Source: a bacterium (GTDB lineage: Bacteria; Patescibacteriota; Minisyncoccia; Phycocordibacterales; UBA2100). From it: a stretch of DNA of 64,000 nucleotides. Under the pieces are notes generated by a model. It saw only the letters and a list, made by a program, of their open reading frames with translations. It searched no databases and had not been told where the DNA came from. This document shows, piece after piece, positions 47,574-57,180 of the stretch. The stretch lies in assembly GCA_030648265.1 (NCBI GenBank), contig JAUSHX010000028.1, forward strand, positions 249 through 64,248, in the 5' to 3' direction. Within the stretch, counting starts at the first letter, position 1, and each line of letters starts with the position of its first letter. The translations under genes and the position numbers were made by a program.

Positions 47574-47928
47574 CTGCGTTAGGCAGTCGCTGGTCCGCAA
47601 GGGCTAGAGGAAAGTCCGGACACGCCCACGTTTCGTAAGATATGTGGAGCACGGTAGCGGGTAACGCCCGCCGGGGTAATCCTAGGGATGCGAACAGAGA
47701 CGGTTTTTTGCGAGAGCAAAAAACCGCCCCGTGAAATCGCGAAAGCATATTTCACTGGGGCGAGATTGAGCAGTTAAAGGCTCAAGGTGCAACGGCAAAA
47801 ATCCTACCTGCGTGCAAGGTCGTATCAAATCGTGCCATCGGTACGGTTAGAAGAACCGCTTGAGGTGATTGGCAACAATCATCCCAGATAAATGACTGTC
47901 CTCGACAGAATCCGGCTTACAAATGCAG
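47574..47928 (+). ncRNA. rnpB: RNase P RNA (bacterial type A)
   Basis: GAGGAAAGTCCGGAC (P4 5' strand), GGTAACGCC, ACAGAATCCGGCTTA (P4 3' strand), P2 GGCAGTC/GACTGTC, P1 CTGCGTT/AAATGCAG. Ends accurate to within about 5 nt. Confidence 0.85.
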
Positions 47929-48035
47929 CGAAATGAGCGGAGCGAAAAAGCTTCGCTTTTTCGTTTCCGAATGAGAAAATTTGCACGAAGTTGGGCGCAG
48001 TGCAGCCGAGCGCAGCGAGTACTGCACAGAACATG

Positions 48036-48069
48036 AAAAAAGAGCCCCAAAAGAGCTCTTTTTTCTTTT
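48036..48069 (+). terminator. terminator downstream of rnpB
   Basis: AAAAAAGAGC-CCCAAAAGA-GCTCTTTTTT followed by CTTTT. Confidence 0.65.
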
Positions 48070-48160
48070 CTTCAATACCCCCAAATCCACACCCATCCCT
48101 TGCGGTACTTGCGCACTTCGTATGCTACACTTCCAACATATTAGTCAGATAAATATTATT

Positions 48161-50524
48161 ATGGAAAACAGCATATCAAAGCTAGATCGGATTGCACAGT
48201 GGTGCATGGTGCTTCTCATCGGACTTCTTCCGATTTTCTTCATACCTATACTATGGATAACAACCGTACAAGTTAAAGCATTTCTTGTCGCGGTTCTTCT
48301 TATAATCGCGACGGTGACGTGGGCCATCGCGCGGTTCAAAGAGGGCAGCATAAGAGTGCCCAATAATTTAATTCTTGCGGCGGGACTCCTCATGCCGCTT
48401 GTGTACGCAATTTCGGTTGCGATATCAGGCTTGAGCCAGGTCTCTCTGGTCGGTACCGGAGTTGAACAGGACACCCTTGCGTTCACATGTATCTTGTATG
48501 CGGCCCTCGTTCTATCCGCTCTTATATTCTCCGGCCCGCCTGCGGAGGCCCCCGCCTACGCCGAAGCTTCGGCGGGCAGGTCGGCGCAAGCAGGCGCATC
48601 ACGCAAAAGCATTACGGCAATACGGGGTCTTTTTGTCGGCGGCTTTGCGCTCATCTTTCTTGAGATTGTTCATTTTGTGTTTCCAGGTTTGAGTTTGGGC
48701 GGCGTTCTTGCCGGACAAACAGGAAATGCGTTTGGCAACTGGAATGAATTTGCGATTTTGCTGGGACTTTTCGTTGTTCTTGGAATTGCCCTTAGGCATA
48801 CCGAGGTAGCCCAAGGAAAGTGGAAATACCTTCTTGACGCGGTAGCTCTGATATCCGCACTTCTTTTGATTATCGCGAATTTCTTTGATGTGTGGACGGC
48901 GGTAGGAATTGCAGGCCTTATCGCGCTTCTCGTGCAACATTTCGCATCGCGAGCGCAATCAGGAGATTCCGCCCCTCAACTGGGCACAAAACGTGTTTGG
49001 ATAACCCTTGTTATCATCGCACTTTTCTTTATGCTCTTTGGCGCTTTGGTAAACAACGTACTGTCTGCGCGAATACGTGTGGCGAATATAGAAGCGCGTC
49101 CCTCGCTCCAGGGAACGATTGCAATCGGGCAACAGGCTCTCACACAGCCGGCGTCTCTCTTCTTCGGCGTTGGTCCGAATACGTTCAGTCATGAGTGGGG
49201 ACTCTATAAACCAACGACCATAAATCAATCCGCCTATTGGAATACAGACTTTACCTCCGGAGTCGGAACCATTCCGACGTCGTTCGTAACGACCGGAATT
49301 TTCGGCATCATTGCATGGATTTTGTTCGCCATCGCGCTCGTATTGACTGTTATACGCGCGCTTGTGCGATATGGAAAAGGGGAACAGGGGAATCTCTATG
49401 CCTCCTCTTTTGGCATCGCTTCGGTTTTCTTGCTCTCATTCTACTTGCTCTATGTTCCAGGGCCCGCGCTAAGTACACTTGTATTTCTCTGTATAGGATT
49501 GCTCGTGGCGTTTTCTGCACAGGCGGGGTTCACCGGCACGCATAACGTTATTTTACGCGGGAACGGATGGAAGGGCATGGCTTCAGTAGCCGGGCTGGTG
49601 TTCTTTGCAGTTGTGACGGTGGTATCTTCCATAGGCATATCGCGCGTACTTTTGGCAGAAATGATTTTAAACCGTGGAGTTGTCACGTATAATAATACGC
49701 AGGACATAGGAGCCGCCACTGGTTATATCTCGTCCTCGCTCGCCGTATATCCATCAAATGCCAGAGCGCATCGTGTTGGAATTCAGCTCGGTCTTGCCCA
49801 GTTACAACAGTTGATAGCCAAAGCTGACCCGAAGGATGAAAAAGCACGCGCGGAATTGCAGGATGTTTTGAAACAGACCATCCAGCACGGCCTAGATGCG
49901 GTCGCAATAAACGGGACTGATTATCAGAATTGGCTTGAACTGGCCGGGCTTTATCAGCAACTTGCCGGTGTGAAGGTGGCTGGTGCGTTTGAAAATGCAC
50001 GCGCCGCCTACGAGCGTGCTCGCAAGGAAAATCCATTGAGTCCTCTGCCGCTCCTGCAATTGGCACAGCTTGAGGTTATTCAGGGCAACACCGATGTTGC
50101 ACTGCAGGATCTTGCTGCCGCAGTTCAGCTGAAACCCGACCTTGCCGCCGCCTATTACATGGCGTCGCAGATTTACGCCTCCAAGAAGGACTTTAAAAAT
50201 GCGATTCCCGCAGCCACGCAGGCGGCACAATATGGGCAGAATGATCCTTTGGGTTGGTACAACCTTGGGGCGATTTCCTATGCCGGAACTGATTACACAA
50301 CTGCCGCCGCTGCGGAAGAGCGGGCACTCACACTGAATTCGCAGTACGCCAACGCAATGTATATTCTTGGTCTCTCGTACTATGAACTTAAGCGTCCGGA
50401 CGATTCGTTAAAAGTATTTAACGCGCTTAACCAGCTTTCTCCCGGTCAGCAAGTGGTCGCGGATATTCTCGCGAACCTGAACGCAGGTAAACCGCCGCTC
50501 TCAACGACATCTGCGGGCAGATAG
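48161..50524 (+). CDS. polytopic membrane protein (O-antigen ligase/Wzy-like) with C-terminal TPR repeats
   Basis: More than 10 predicted TM segments, then TPR-like repeats (AAYYMASQIYASKKDFKNAI..., AMYILGLSYYELKRPDDSL). ATG at 48161 (MENSISK). Confidence 0.5.
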   Translation: MENSISKLDRIAQWCMVLLIGLLPIFFIPILWITTVQVKAFLVAVLLIIATVTWAIARFKEGSIRVPNNLILAAGLLMPLVYAISVAISGLSQVSLVGTGVEQDTLAFTCILYAALVLSALIFSGPPAEAPAYAEASAGRSAQAGASRKSITAIRGLFVGGFALIFLEIVHFVFPGLSLGGVLAGQTGNAFGNWNEFAILLGLFVVLGIALRHTEVAQGKWKYLLDAVALISALLLIIANFFDVWTAVGIAGLIALLVQHFASRAQSGDSAPQLGTKRVWITLVIIALFFMLFGALVNNVLSARIRVANIEARPSLQGTIAIGQQALTQPASLFFGVGPNTFSHEWGLYKPTTINQSAYWNTDFTSGVGTIPTSFVTTGIFGIIAWILFAIALVLTVIRALVRYGKGEQGNLYASSFGIASVFLLSFYLLYVPGPALSTLVFLCIGLLVAFSAQAGFTGTHNVILRGNGWKGMASVAGLVFFAVVTVVSSIGISRVLLAEMILNRGVVTYNNTQDIGAATGYISSSLAVYPSNARAHRVGIQLGLAQLQQLIAKADPKDEKARAELQDVLKQTIQHGLDAVAINGTDYQNWLELAGLYQQLAGVKVAGAFENARAAYERARKENPLSPLPLLQLAQLEVIQGNTDVALQDLAAAVQLKPDLAAAYYMASQIYASKKDFKNAIPAATQAAQYGQNDPLGWYNLGAISYAGTDYTTAAAAEERALTLNSQYANAMYILGLSYYELKRPDDSLKVFNALNQLSPGQQVVADILANLNAGKPPLSTTSAGR

Positions 50525-50533
50525 TGTGCGGGT

Positions 50534-52237
50534 ATGATGAATCGCGTACTACGACGGCTCCTCTCTTTTGAGGTGCGCGGAATTCAATCTGCCGTGTACG
50601 TGCTGGCCGCGTTTGCATTATTGTCCTCTCTTCTTGCGCTTTTTCGCGACCGGCTCTTGGCGGGTGAATTTGGAGCGGGTACCGAACTGGACCTCTATTA
50701 TGCGGCGTTTCGAATACCCGACTTCGTCTTTGTGGCATTGGGAGCACTTGTCTCGGTGTATGTTCTTATTCCGGAGCTTGCGCGCCGCGACACAAGTGCA
50801 CAAAGAAATTACATAGACACCGTGGTTTTAGGATTCTCGGCTCTCGCGATTTGCGCAGGCTCTGTCACGGCGCTTTTTGCACCGCGATTGCTGTCATATC
50901 TTTTTCCACAATTTGTTGAAGCAGGATTTCTGCCTGTCCTTGTTTCACTGACCCGCATAATGCTGCTTCAGCCCATTTTGCTTGGATTCTCCAACATCTT
51001 TGCCGCAATTACGCAGACAAAATACAGATACATGCTCTACGCGTCATCACCATTATTCTATAACTTCGGAATAATTCTTGGAATTGTTGTTTTATATCCC
51101 ATATGGGGCATGCCCGGCCTTGCATGGGGAGTTGTTATAGGTGCCTCACTTCATGCCGGCATACAAATTCCCTCAATTATAAGTGACGGATTTTTCAGGA
51201 AATTACCGCGCCTTGGAGATATCCGTGTGCTGTTTCGTACGGCGGCAGTGTCCGTGCCGCGCGCCCTCGCCTTGTCTATGAATCAGGTGACGTTCATCGG
51301 CCTTACCGCACTCGCAGGCACGCTCGCAGTCGGTTCAATATCCGTATTCATGTTTGCTTTTAATCTCTACAGCGTGCCTCTCGCTATAATCGGCGCATCG
51401 TACTCCGTCGCAGCGTTTCCGGTACTCGCACTTTCCCTGGCAAAAGGCAGGCAATCGGAATTTATAGAAAATATTGCAAATGCCGCACGGCACATATTTT
51501 TCTGGTCATTGCCGGCCACTGCTCTCATTATAGTATTGCGCGCGCATATCGTCCGGGTTGTTTTGGGAAGCGGCTCTTTTGACTGGACAGACACGCGCCT
51601 TACGGCCGCATCGCTCGCGGTGCTCTCGCTTGCGCTCGTCGGGCAGGGTCTCATGCTGCTCTTGGTGCGCGGATATTACGCCGCAGGGCGGACTTTTACG
51701 CCGTTTCTTGTGTCATGCGGCATTGCTTTGGGCACAATCGGATTGGGCGCAATTCTCATCCGCATTATGGAGAATGCGGCGACCCTTTCCTTCATTCAGG
51801 TGCTGTTGCGCGTGGAAGATATACAGGGAAGCAACATGCTCGCGCTTGCAATCGCCTACGCTCTCTCAACGCTTATAGGCACGGCGTTTCTGGCGGTTTA
51901 TTTTGAACTCCGTTTCAGGGGCTTTTTTACACGCATCGGAAGGTCTTTTGCAGAAGGAACGGTGGCGGCATTCACCGGAGGGGTATCTGCATACGCGACG
52001 CTTGCAATAATAGGCCCGCTTACGCTCTCCTCCACGTTAGCGTCCGTTTTAATCAAAGGATTTGTAGCGGGTGCGGCGGGAATTATAGTTGCGGGGCTCG
52101 TATATGCGTTTCTGGGAAACCGCGAATTTTTAGAGACAGTTGCGGAAATTCGCGGGAGGTTGTGGCGCGGCTTTATAAAGGAAGAGGGCGGTACGGAGAT
52201 TGTTGTGTCGGCGGAGGAAGCGGCGGAACTTAAGTAG
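50534..52237 (+). CDS. murJ: lipid II flippase MurJ (MviN family)
   Basis: FRDRLLAGEFGAGTELDLYYAAFRIPDF N-terminal pattern, 14 TM-type profile, 567 aa. Confidence 0.8.
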   Translation: MMNRVLRRLLSFEVRGIQSAVYVLAAFALLSSLLALFRDRLLAGEFGAGTELDLYYAAFRIPDFVFVALGALVSVYVLIPELARRDTSAQRNYIDTVVLGFSALAICAGSVTALFAPRLLSYLFPQFVEAGFLPVLVSLTRIMLLQPILLGFSNIFAAITQTKYRYMLYASSPLFYNFGIILGIVVLYPIWGMPGLAWGVVIGASLHAGIQIPSIISDGFFRKLPRLGDIRVLFRTAAVSVPRALALSMNQVTFIGLTALAGTLAVGSISVFMFAFNLYSVPLAIIGASYSVAAFPVLALSLAKGRQSEFIENIANAARHIFFWSLPATALIIVLRAHIVRVVLGSGSFDWTDTRLTAASLAVLSLALVGQGLMLLLVRGYYAAGRTFTPFLVSCGIALGTIGLGAILIRIMENAATLSFIQVLLRVEDIQGSNMLALAIAYALSTLIGTAFLAVYFELRFRGFFTRIGRSFAEGTVAAFTGGVSAYATLAIIGPLTLSSTLASVLIKGFVAGAAGIIVAGLVYAFLGNREFLETVAEIRGRLWRGFIKEEGGTEIVVSAEEAAELK

Positions 52238-52250
52238 GGGGGAACGGTTC

Positions 52251-52339
52251 ACAGTCTACAGTTTACAGTGCACAGAAAGTCGTTAGAAATTTCGGTTTGT
52301 GATTTTCTCTGTCAACTGTAAACTGTCCACTGTCTACTA
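52251..52339. repeat. heptamer-array inverted repeat, intergenic copy (murJ-lepA)
   Basis: CACAGTCTACAGTTTACAGTGCACAG ... CTGTCAACTGTAAACTGTCCACTGTCTACT. Same ACAGT/ACTGT register as 15674-15753. Confidence 0.8.
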
Positions 52340-52357
52340 ACGGCACCATTGACCACT

Positions 52358-54142
52358 ATGTCCTCCAACATACGAAACTTCAGTATCATTGCCCACATAG
52401 ACCATGGCAAGAGTACCTTGGCGGACCGTATGCTTGAGATGACGGGTACCATAGAGGCGCGGGATATGCAGGAGCAGGTTCTAGACAGAATGGACCTGGA
52501 ACGCGAACGCGGAATCACCATAAAAATGGCCCCCGTCCGCATGAACTACACGCTAAACGCTACTCGCTATACGCTCAATCTAATTGACACTCCCGGCCAC
52601 GTAGATTTTGCCTATGAAGTATCGCGCGCGCTATCCGCCGTGGAGGGAGTCATTCTTCTTGTAGATTCCACGCAGGGCGTAGAGGCGCAGACACTTTCGG
52701 TTCTCGGAGTTGCAAAGAGTCTTGGGCTCGTCATCATTCCCGTAGTTTCCAAGATAGATTCGCCGAACGCGAGAATCGCGGACATTACAAGCGAACTTGC
52801 CCTATTGCTCGGGTGCCCCGAGTCGGATGTTCTTCCTGCTTCCGGGAAAACGGGAGATGGCGTGAAAGAGATATTGAATGCTGTCGTTGCAAGGATCCCG
52901 GCTCCGAAAGCTTCCGGCGGTAATCTGCAGGCGCTTGTGTTTGATTTCGGATATTCCGACCACCGCGGCGTCATCGTGTACGCGCGTATATTCGGCGGAC
53001 ACATCGCAAAGGGTGACAACCTGCGTCTGGTCGCCGCTCACGCCGATTTTATTGCTCTTGAGGTGGGAGTGATGAAGCCTGGCGAAACCCCGGTGGATAC
53101 CCTGAACGAAGGGGAAATCGGCTACATTGTTACAGGCATCAAGAAGCCCGGGCTGGCGTCTGTCGGCGATACCGTGACGACAGTACGCAATCCGGCACCC
53201 GCGCTACACGGGTATCGCTCACCCGCGCCGGTTATTTGGGCGAGCGTATATCCGGAGAATCAGGACAACTTGGTGCTTCTCCGTCAATCGCTTGCGCGCC
53301 TGCATCTGTCGGATTCATCGCTCTCGTATGAGGAAGAATCGTCCGGTGTTATGGGGAAAGGCTTCCGGTGCGGATTCCTTGGCATGCTTCACTTGGAGAT
53401 TATTATTGAGCGCCTGCGGCGCGAATTTGCGCTTAATCTTGTGGTGACGATGCCGACGACGGTGTATGAAGTAACGTACCAAAACGGAAAAGTTGAAGAG
53501 ATTTATGCGCCCGCCCGACTGCCCGACGATGGCACCGCAAAGCGCCTGCGCGAGCAGTGGTCGGAAGTTTCCGTCATATCTCCGCCGGAGTACCTCGGCG
53601 TCATTTCACAGTTGCTCTATGATCACGAAGCGATAATAGGGGATACGGAAACATTGCCCGACGGCAAGGCAAAACTCTCTTCGCAGATGCCTCTGCGCGA
53701 ACTCATGCGGGGGTTCTTTGATAAGTTGAAGAGCGTCTCATCGGGTTTTGCGTCGCTCTCCTATGAAATAATCGGCCTGCGCGATGCGGATGTGGTGCGT
53801 CTTGATGTGCTCGTCGCGGAGGAAATTATGCCGGCATTTTCTAGAATTGTCAGCCGCAGGCGCGTGCGGACTGAAGCTGAAGCGATTGTAGAAAAATTGG
53901 AAAAGATTTTACCCCGCCAGCAGTTCGTTTTAAAAATTCAGGCAAAAGCGATGGGAAATATCATAGCAGCTCGCCGTGTCTCTGCCCTGCGCAAAGATGT
54001 AACTGGCTATCTCTACGGCGGAGACATCACCCGAAAAATGAAACTATTGGAGAAACAGAAGAGGGGAAAGAAGAAAATGCTCGCGCGCGGGAAAGTTGAT
54101 ATCCCGCACGATGTTTTCTTGAAGGTCATTCGTGATAGCTAG
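52358..54142 (+). CDS. lepA: translation elongation factor 4
   Basis: IRNFSIIAHIDHGKSTLADR G1 motif, DTPGHVDF, LepA C-terminal domain. The ORF track opens at TTG 52349. Confidence 0.9.
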   Translation: MSSNIRNFSIIAHIDHGKSTLADRMLEMTGTIEARDMQEQVLDRMDLERERGITIKMAPVRMNYTLNATRYTLNLIDTPGHVDFAYEVSRALSAVEGVILLVDSTQGVEAQTLSVLGVAKSLGLVIIPVVSKIDSPNARIADITSELALLLGCPESDVLPASGKTGDGVKEILNAVVARIPAPKASGGNLQALVFDFGYSDHRGVIVYARIFGGHIAKGDNLRLVAAHADFIALEVGVMKPGETPVDTLNEGEIGYIVTGIKKPGLASVGDTVTTVRNPAPALHGYRSPAPVIWASVYPENQDNLVLLRQSLARLHLSDSSLSYEEESSGVMGKGFRCGFLGMLHLEIIIERLRREFALNLVVTMPTTVYEVTYQNGKVEEIYAPARLPDDGTAKRLREQWSEVSVISPPEYLGVISQLLYDHEAIIGDTETLPDGKAKLSSQMPLRELMRGFFDKLKSVSSGFASLSYEIIGLRDADVVRLDVLVAEEIMPAFSRIVSRRRVRTEAEAIVEKLEKILPRQQFVLKIQAKAMGNIIAARRVSALRKDVTGYLYGGDITRKMKLLEKQKRGKKKMLARGKVDIPHDVFLKVIRDS

Positions 54143-54251
54143 AAATCACCTGTATTTGAGCCATTTATCAAAGTTTGACATAGATTGCAACGCCATGAGC
54201 AGGAAGCAAATGTTCCTGTCTGGGTGGCGTTGTTCTTAACAGGAGACGAAG

Positions 54252-54437
54252 ATGGCCCACAAGCCTGAGCTAGAGAGAAAAATGTCCGAATTCATCCGCA
54301 GAGTGGATGACAGGGCAGTGATTTTTTCTCGGCAAATTGATGATGCTGCGAGAGCCCTCGGGATTGAATCCGTTGAACTCAAGCGAATCGTCAAACCGTT
54401 GCTGCAAGCACTGTTGGATAAACACCTCGGTGAATAA
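54252..54437 (+). CDS. hypothetical 61-aa protein
   Basis: SD AGGAGA lies 7 nt upstream. Hairpin terminators lie downstream. Confidence 0.4.
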   Translation: MAHKPELERKMSEFIRRVDDRAVIFSRQIDDAARALGIESVELKRIVKPLLQALLDKHLGE

Positions 54438-54623
54438 CAGCAGGCAATCGTAGAGACCTGGCAGGGTCTAAATCTTCCCGACTGTTTATGGTTCCGTCGT
54501 TAATTGAACCTGTCTTTTTCCAATCACACTATTGGAAAAACAAGTTTTCATTTCTAAAACTCAATTTTAGAAATGAGAACTAACCGGTAGCGCCTATGCG
54601 TTGCCGGTTTTCTCTTTTTAATT

Positions 54624-54758
54624 TTAATAGTTTCCCGAAAGCATGGCAACAAGCCCCGGTGCGAAGAACAGCACCATACTGATGATAACGAGGACGGCCA
54701 CGACGCCCCAAAAATACTTGAGGGCTTTTTTCGTGTTGCGGTGGAAAAGGAAAGACAT
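54624..54758 (-). CDS. 44-aa small membrane protein (not in ORF track)
   Basis: MSFLFHRNTKKALKYFWGVVAVLVIISMVLFFAPGLVAMLSGNY. Its ATG is directly preceded by a right-arm hairpin of the element family. Confidence 0.45.
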   Translation of the reverse strand: MSFLFHRNTKKALKYFWGVVAVLVIISMVLFFAPGLVAMLSGNY

Positions 54759-54893
54759 GTTAGATTTTGTTAGAGAATGAAATGAGCTTAGAAAATCTTA
54801 CACCCTGTTAAATGCGACTCCGTCGCCCCGCCTACGGCGGGATTTAACAGGGTCAAGAATCTGTAATTCGCTGCGCTCATAACAATATTCTAG
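54759..54893 (-). repeat. triple-hairpin intergenic element copy K (minus orientation)
   Basis: Reverse complement: left arm TTGTTATGAGCGCAGCGAATTACAGATTCTT, central ACCCTGTTAAAT...ATTTAACAGGGT with two inner hairpins, right arm GTAAGATTTTCTAAGCTCATTTCATTCTCTAACAAAATCTAAC-ATG. Confidence 0.8.
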
Positions 54894-54911
54894 ATGCTAA
54901 GATTATAGCGT

Positions 54912-55286
54912 ATGAGTACATTTGAGCAACGTCGGGACCCCCTGCACCTGTTCGGCAAACGTCTGTTTCTCGCCTTACTCGTCCTGCTTATTGCCGTGGC
55001 GATATCGGGGGTGTGGAAAGCCTATCGCAAAGAGCAGGAGTCCCTCTCACTCCGCCGGGAGGCGGAAGTTCAGCTTGCAGACCTCGCAAAGAGGAAAGCC
55101 CAACTGGAAACCGATATCTCAAAATTGAACACTCCACGCGGAATGGAAGACGCTCTGCGCGAGCAGTATCTTCTTGCAAGAAGTGGAGAGAATCTCATAA
55201 TAATTGTAGATTCTCCGACTCCAACGCCCATAGAAGCGACCTCATCAATGATGCAATGGTTCCAAAAGACGTTTTGGAGCTGGTAG
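54912..55286 (+). CDS. ftsB: septum formation initiator (FtsB/DivIC family)
   Basis: N-terminal TM segment plus coiled-coil ..LADLAKRKAQLETDISKLNTPRGMEDALREQY. Confidence 0.7.
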   Translation: MSTFEQRRDPLHLFGKRLFLALLVLLIAVAISGVWKAYRKEQESLSLRREAEVQLADLAKRKAQLETDISKLNTPRGMEDALREQYLLARSGENLIIIVDSPTPTPIEATSSMMQWFQKTFWSW

Positions 55287-55410
55287 TCACTACTGATGTA
55301 TTCAAGATGGCCCGAGTCAAGGAGCTCCTAGCGTTTCCTTATAGGCTAATTCGCACGAATTGGCCTATAAGGATTTGTTGAGATAGTGAAATAATTACAA
55401 AACCTTTGTT

Positions 55411-55484
55411 GGTGCGGATACGGAGAATCGAACTCCGATCTAATGCTTGGGAAGCACTCGTTTTACCACTAAACTATATCCGCA
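55411..55484 (-). tRNA. tRNA-Gly (CCC), CCA encoded
   Basis: Reverse complement GCGGATATAGTTTAGTGGTAAAACGAGTGCTTCCCAAGCATTAGATCGGAGTTCGATTCTCCGTATCCGCACCA. Confidence 0.85.
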
Positions 55485-55532
55485 GGTATGGCATGAGAAT
55501 ACCCTATATTTTCCGATATAACAAAAACCGTT

Positions 55533-55886
55533 TCAGAGATATTTCTTTCCGTAAGCGCGCATTGCGTTGATTACTCCCCGCAGGGCGGCGCCTTTTTTGG
55601 TCAATGTATATTCCACACGCGGGGGCTCGCTCAATTCTTTTCGCCGTACCAACATCTCACCCTCAAGCAGTTTCAGTTTATTGGAAAGGGTGCGCGTGCT
55701 GATGCCCGAAAGGGAGTTCTGCAGGTCGCAAAATCGCCGCGGCTTCAGAAGCAGGTCGCGCAGAACAAGAAGGGAGCAGGAATCACCCAAAAGGTCCGCC
55801 ACGCGGGCGACGGGGCAGGAACTGCAGAGAGTTTTTCGCTGTTGCGCTGTCCGTAGCATCATGGTGTACAGTGTAGCATCCCGCAA
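55533..55886 (-). CDS. HxlR-family transcriptional regulator
   Basis: CPVARVADLLGDSCSLLVLRDL...FCDLQNSLSGISTRTLSNKLKLLE. Confidence 0.8.
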   Translation of the reverse strand: MRDATLYTMMLRTAQQRKTLCSSCPVARVADLLGDSCSLLVLRDLLLKPRRFCDLQNSLSGISTRTLSNKLKLLEGEMLVRRKELSEPPRVEYTLTKKGAALRGVINAMRAYGKKYL

Positions 55887-55918
55887 AACACTTTACAATG
55901 TAAAGCATCGGCTCTATA

Positions 55919-56545
55919 ATGAACACATTAAAAATAACTATAAAACACATGACTGATGCAAATGTTCTGAAGGTCAAAATTATTCTGGGAAGCACGCGCC
56001 CAACTCGTTTTAGCGAATATGCGGGAGGTTGGATATTAGAACAAGCAAAGAAAATTACAGGGATTGAGCCCGAAATATTGGACTTGCGGGATTACGTGAT
56101 GCCGTTTTTCAACGAGCCGGTGAGTCCGTCGTACAAGCAAGAGCCGTATAAAAATGAAGCGGTCGCGCGCTTTACTTCAAAAATCGCGGAAGGGGACGCC
56201 TTTATCATTATTACGCCGGAGTACAATCACGCGACATCCGGAGTGCTCAAAAACGCGCTGGATTGGGTTTATCAGGAATGGAACAACAGGCCTGTTGGCT
56301 TTGTCGCATACGGCAGTGTTGGAGGAGCTCGCGCGGTTGAACAATTACGATTAGTAGCTGTTGAACTTCGAATGGTGCCCGTCAGAAATGCGGTTCATAT
56401 TAACTCGCACTGGATGCTTCTTGATGAGAAAGGCGTTCTCAAAACCGGTGCGCTTGATTCCTACCAAGGCGCAGCCGAGGGGTTACTGACCCAGTTGGTA
56501 TGGTGGGCAAAGGCGCTCCAAGCGGCACGCAGTACACAGGCCTAG
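55919..56545 (+). CDS. NAD(P)H-dependent FMN reductase
   Basis: ILGSTRPTR ... FIIITPEYNHATSGVLKNALDW. Divergent from the hxlR-family gene. Alternative start at 55949. Confidence 0.75.
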   Translation: MNTLKITIKHMTDANVLKVKIILGSTRPTRFSEYAGGWILEQAKKITGIEPEILDLRDYVMPFFNEPVSPSYKQEPYKNEAVARFTSKIAEGDAFIIITPEYNHATSGVLKNALDWVYQEWNNRPVGFVAYGSVGGARAVEQLRLVAVELRMVPVRNAVHINSHWMLLDEKGVLKTGALDSYQGAAEGLLTQLVWWAKALQAARSTQA

Positions 56546-56600
56546 ATTGATTATGGTATACTCTCAAAAATAATTATAAAGAAATAATTGATAGTACTGT

Positions 56601-56843
56601 ATGGCTGCACAAGCAAAGGTAACAATTTACTCAACGCCGACCTGTCATTTTTGCCACGCGGCAAAGGATTTCTTCACGGCAAATAATGTAAAGTTCACCG
56701 ATTACAATGTAGCAACAGACCTAGCCAAAAGGAAGGAAATGATTGAGAAAAGCGGGCAGATGGGCGTTCCTGTAATATACGTCGGCGATGAAGTGATAGT
56801 CGGCTTTGACGAGGCGCAGCTACGCACTCTACTGAAGGTTTAG
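56601..56843 (+). CDS. glutaredoxin-like protein (NrdH/YruB type)
   Basis: VTIYSTPTCHFCHAAKDFF CxxC motif, 80 aa. Confidence 0.75.
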   Translation: MAAQAKVTIYSTPTCHFCHAAKDFFTANNVKFTDYNVATDLAKRKEMIEKSGQMGVPVIYVGDEVIVGFDEAQLRTLLKV

Positions 56844-56955
56844 GTACCGGCGTTTTTTCCGCCAAGGGGCGCATATGCTAAAGTGCATATGCGCCCCCGT
56901 AGTTTCCTCCCAAGGAGGATCCGCCTTGGGCGGACAATGGGCACTGTACTTTTAA

Positions 56956-57027
56956 GCTCTCGTAGTTCAACGGATAGAACTTCGCACTCCTAACGCGAGA
57001 ATCCAAGTCCGACTCTTGGCGAGGGCA
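56956..57027 (+). tRNA. tRNA-Arg (CCT), no encoded CCA, atypical T-loop
   Basis: GCTCTCG-TA-GTTC..GAAC-T-TCGCA-CTCCTAA-CGCGA..CCAAG-TCCGACT-CTTGG-CGAGGGC-A. There is one A-C mismatch closing the anticodon stem and C at T-loop position 55. Confidence 0.55.
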
Positions 57028-57180
57028 CATAGTGAATGCAATGAACGGCGTGCCCTCGCCAGGGGAAGGGGCCGGGAAACGGGAGTTTCCCGCGGAGGAA
57101 GGAATGGGAAAACCGTGGGTTTCCCAGGCGGCGAAGGGCACAGATGGTATAATGCGTTTGTGATAGAAGCAGACCGCCAA

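Noticed and set aside
47098-47607. 169-aa plus-strand ORF across the rnpB-upstream region
   Set aside because: It runs through repeated terminator and promoter blocks and into rnpB. Its composition is Arg/Ser-rich and it is antisense to the better-supported cassette ORF B.
47981-48160. Upstream 60 codons of the 847-aa ORF
   Set aside because: They cover the rnpB terminator and repeat DNA. The membrane protein begins plausibly at ATG 48161.
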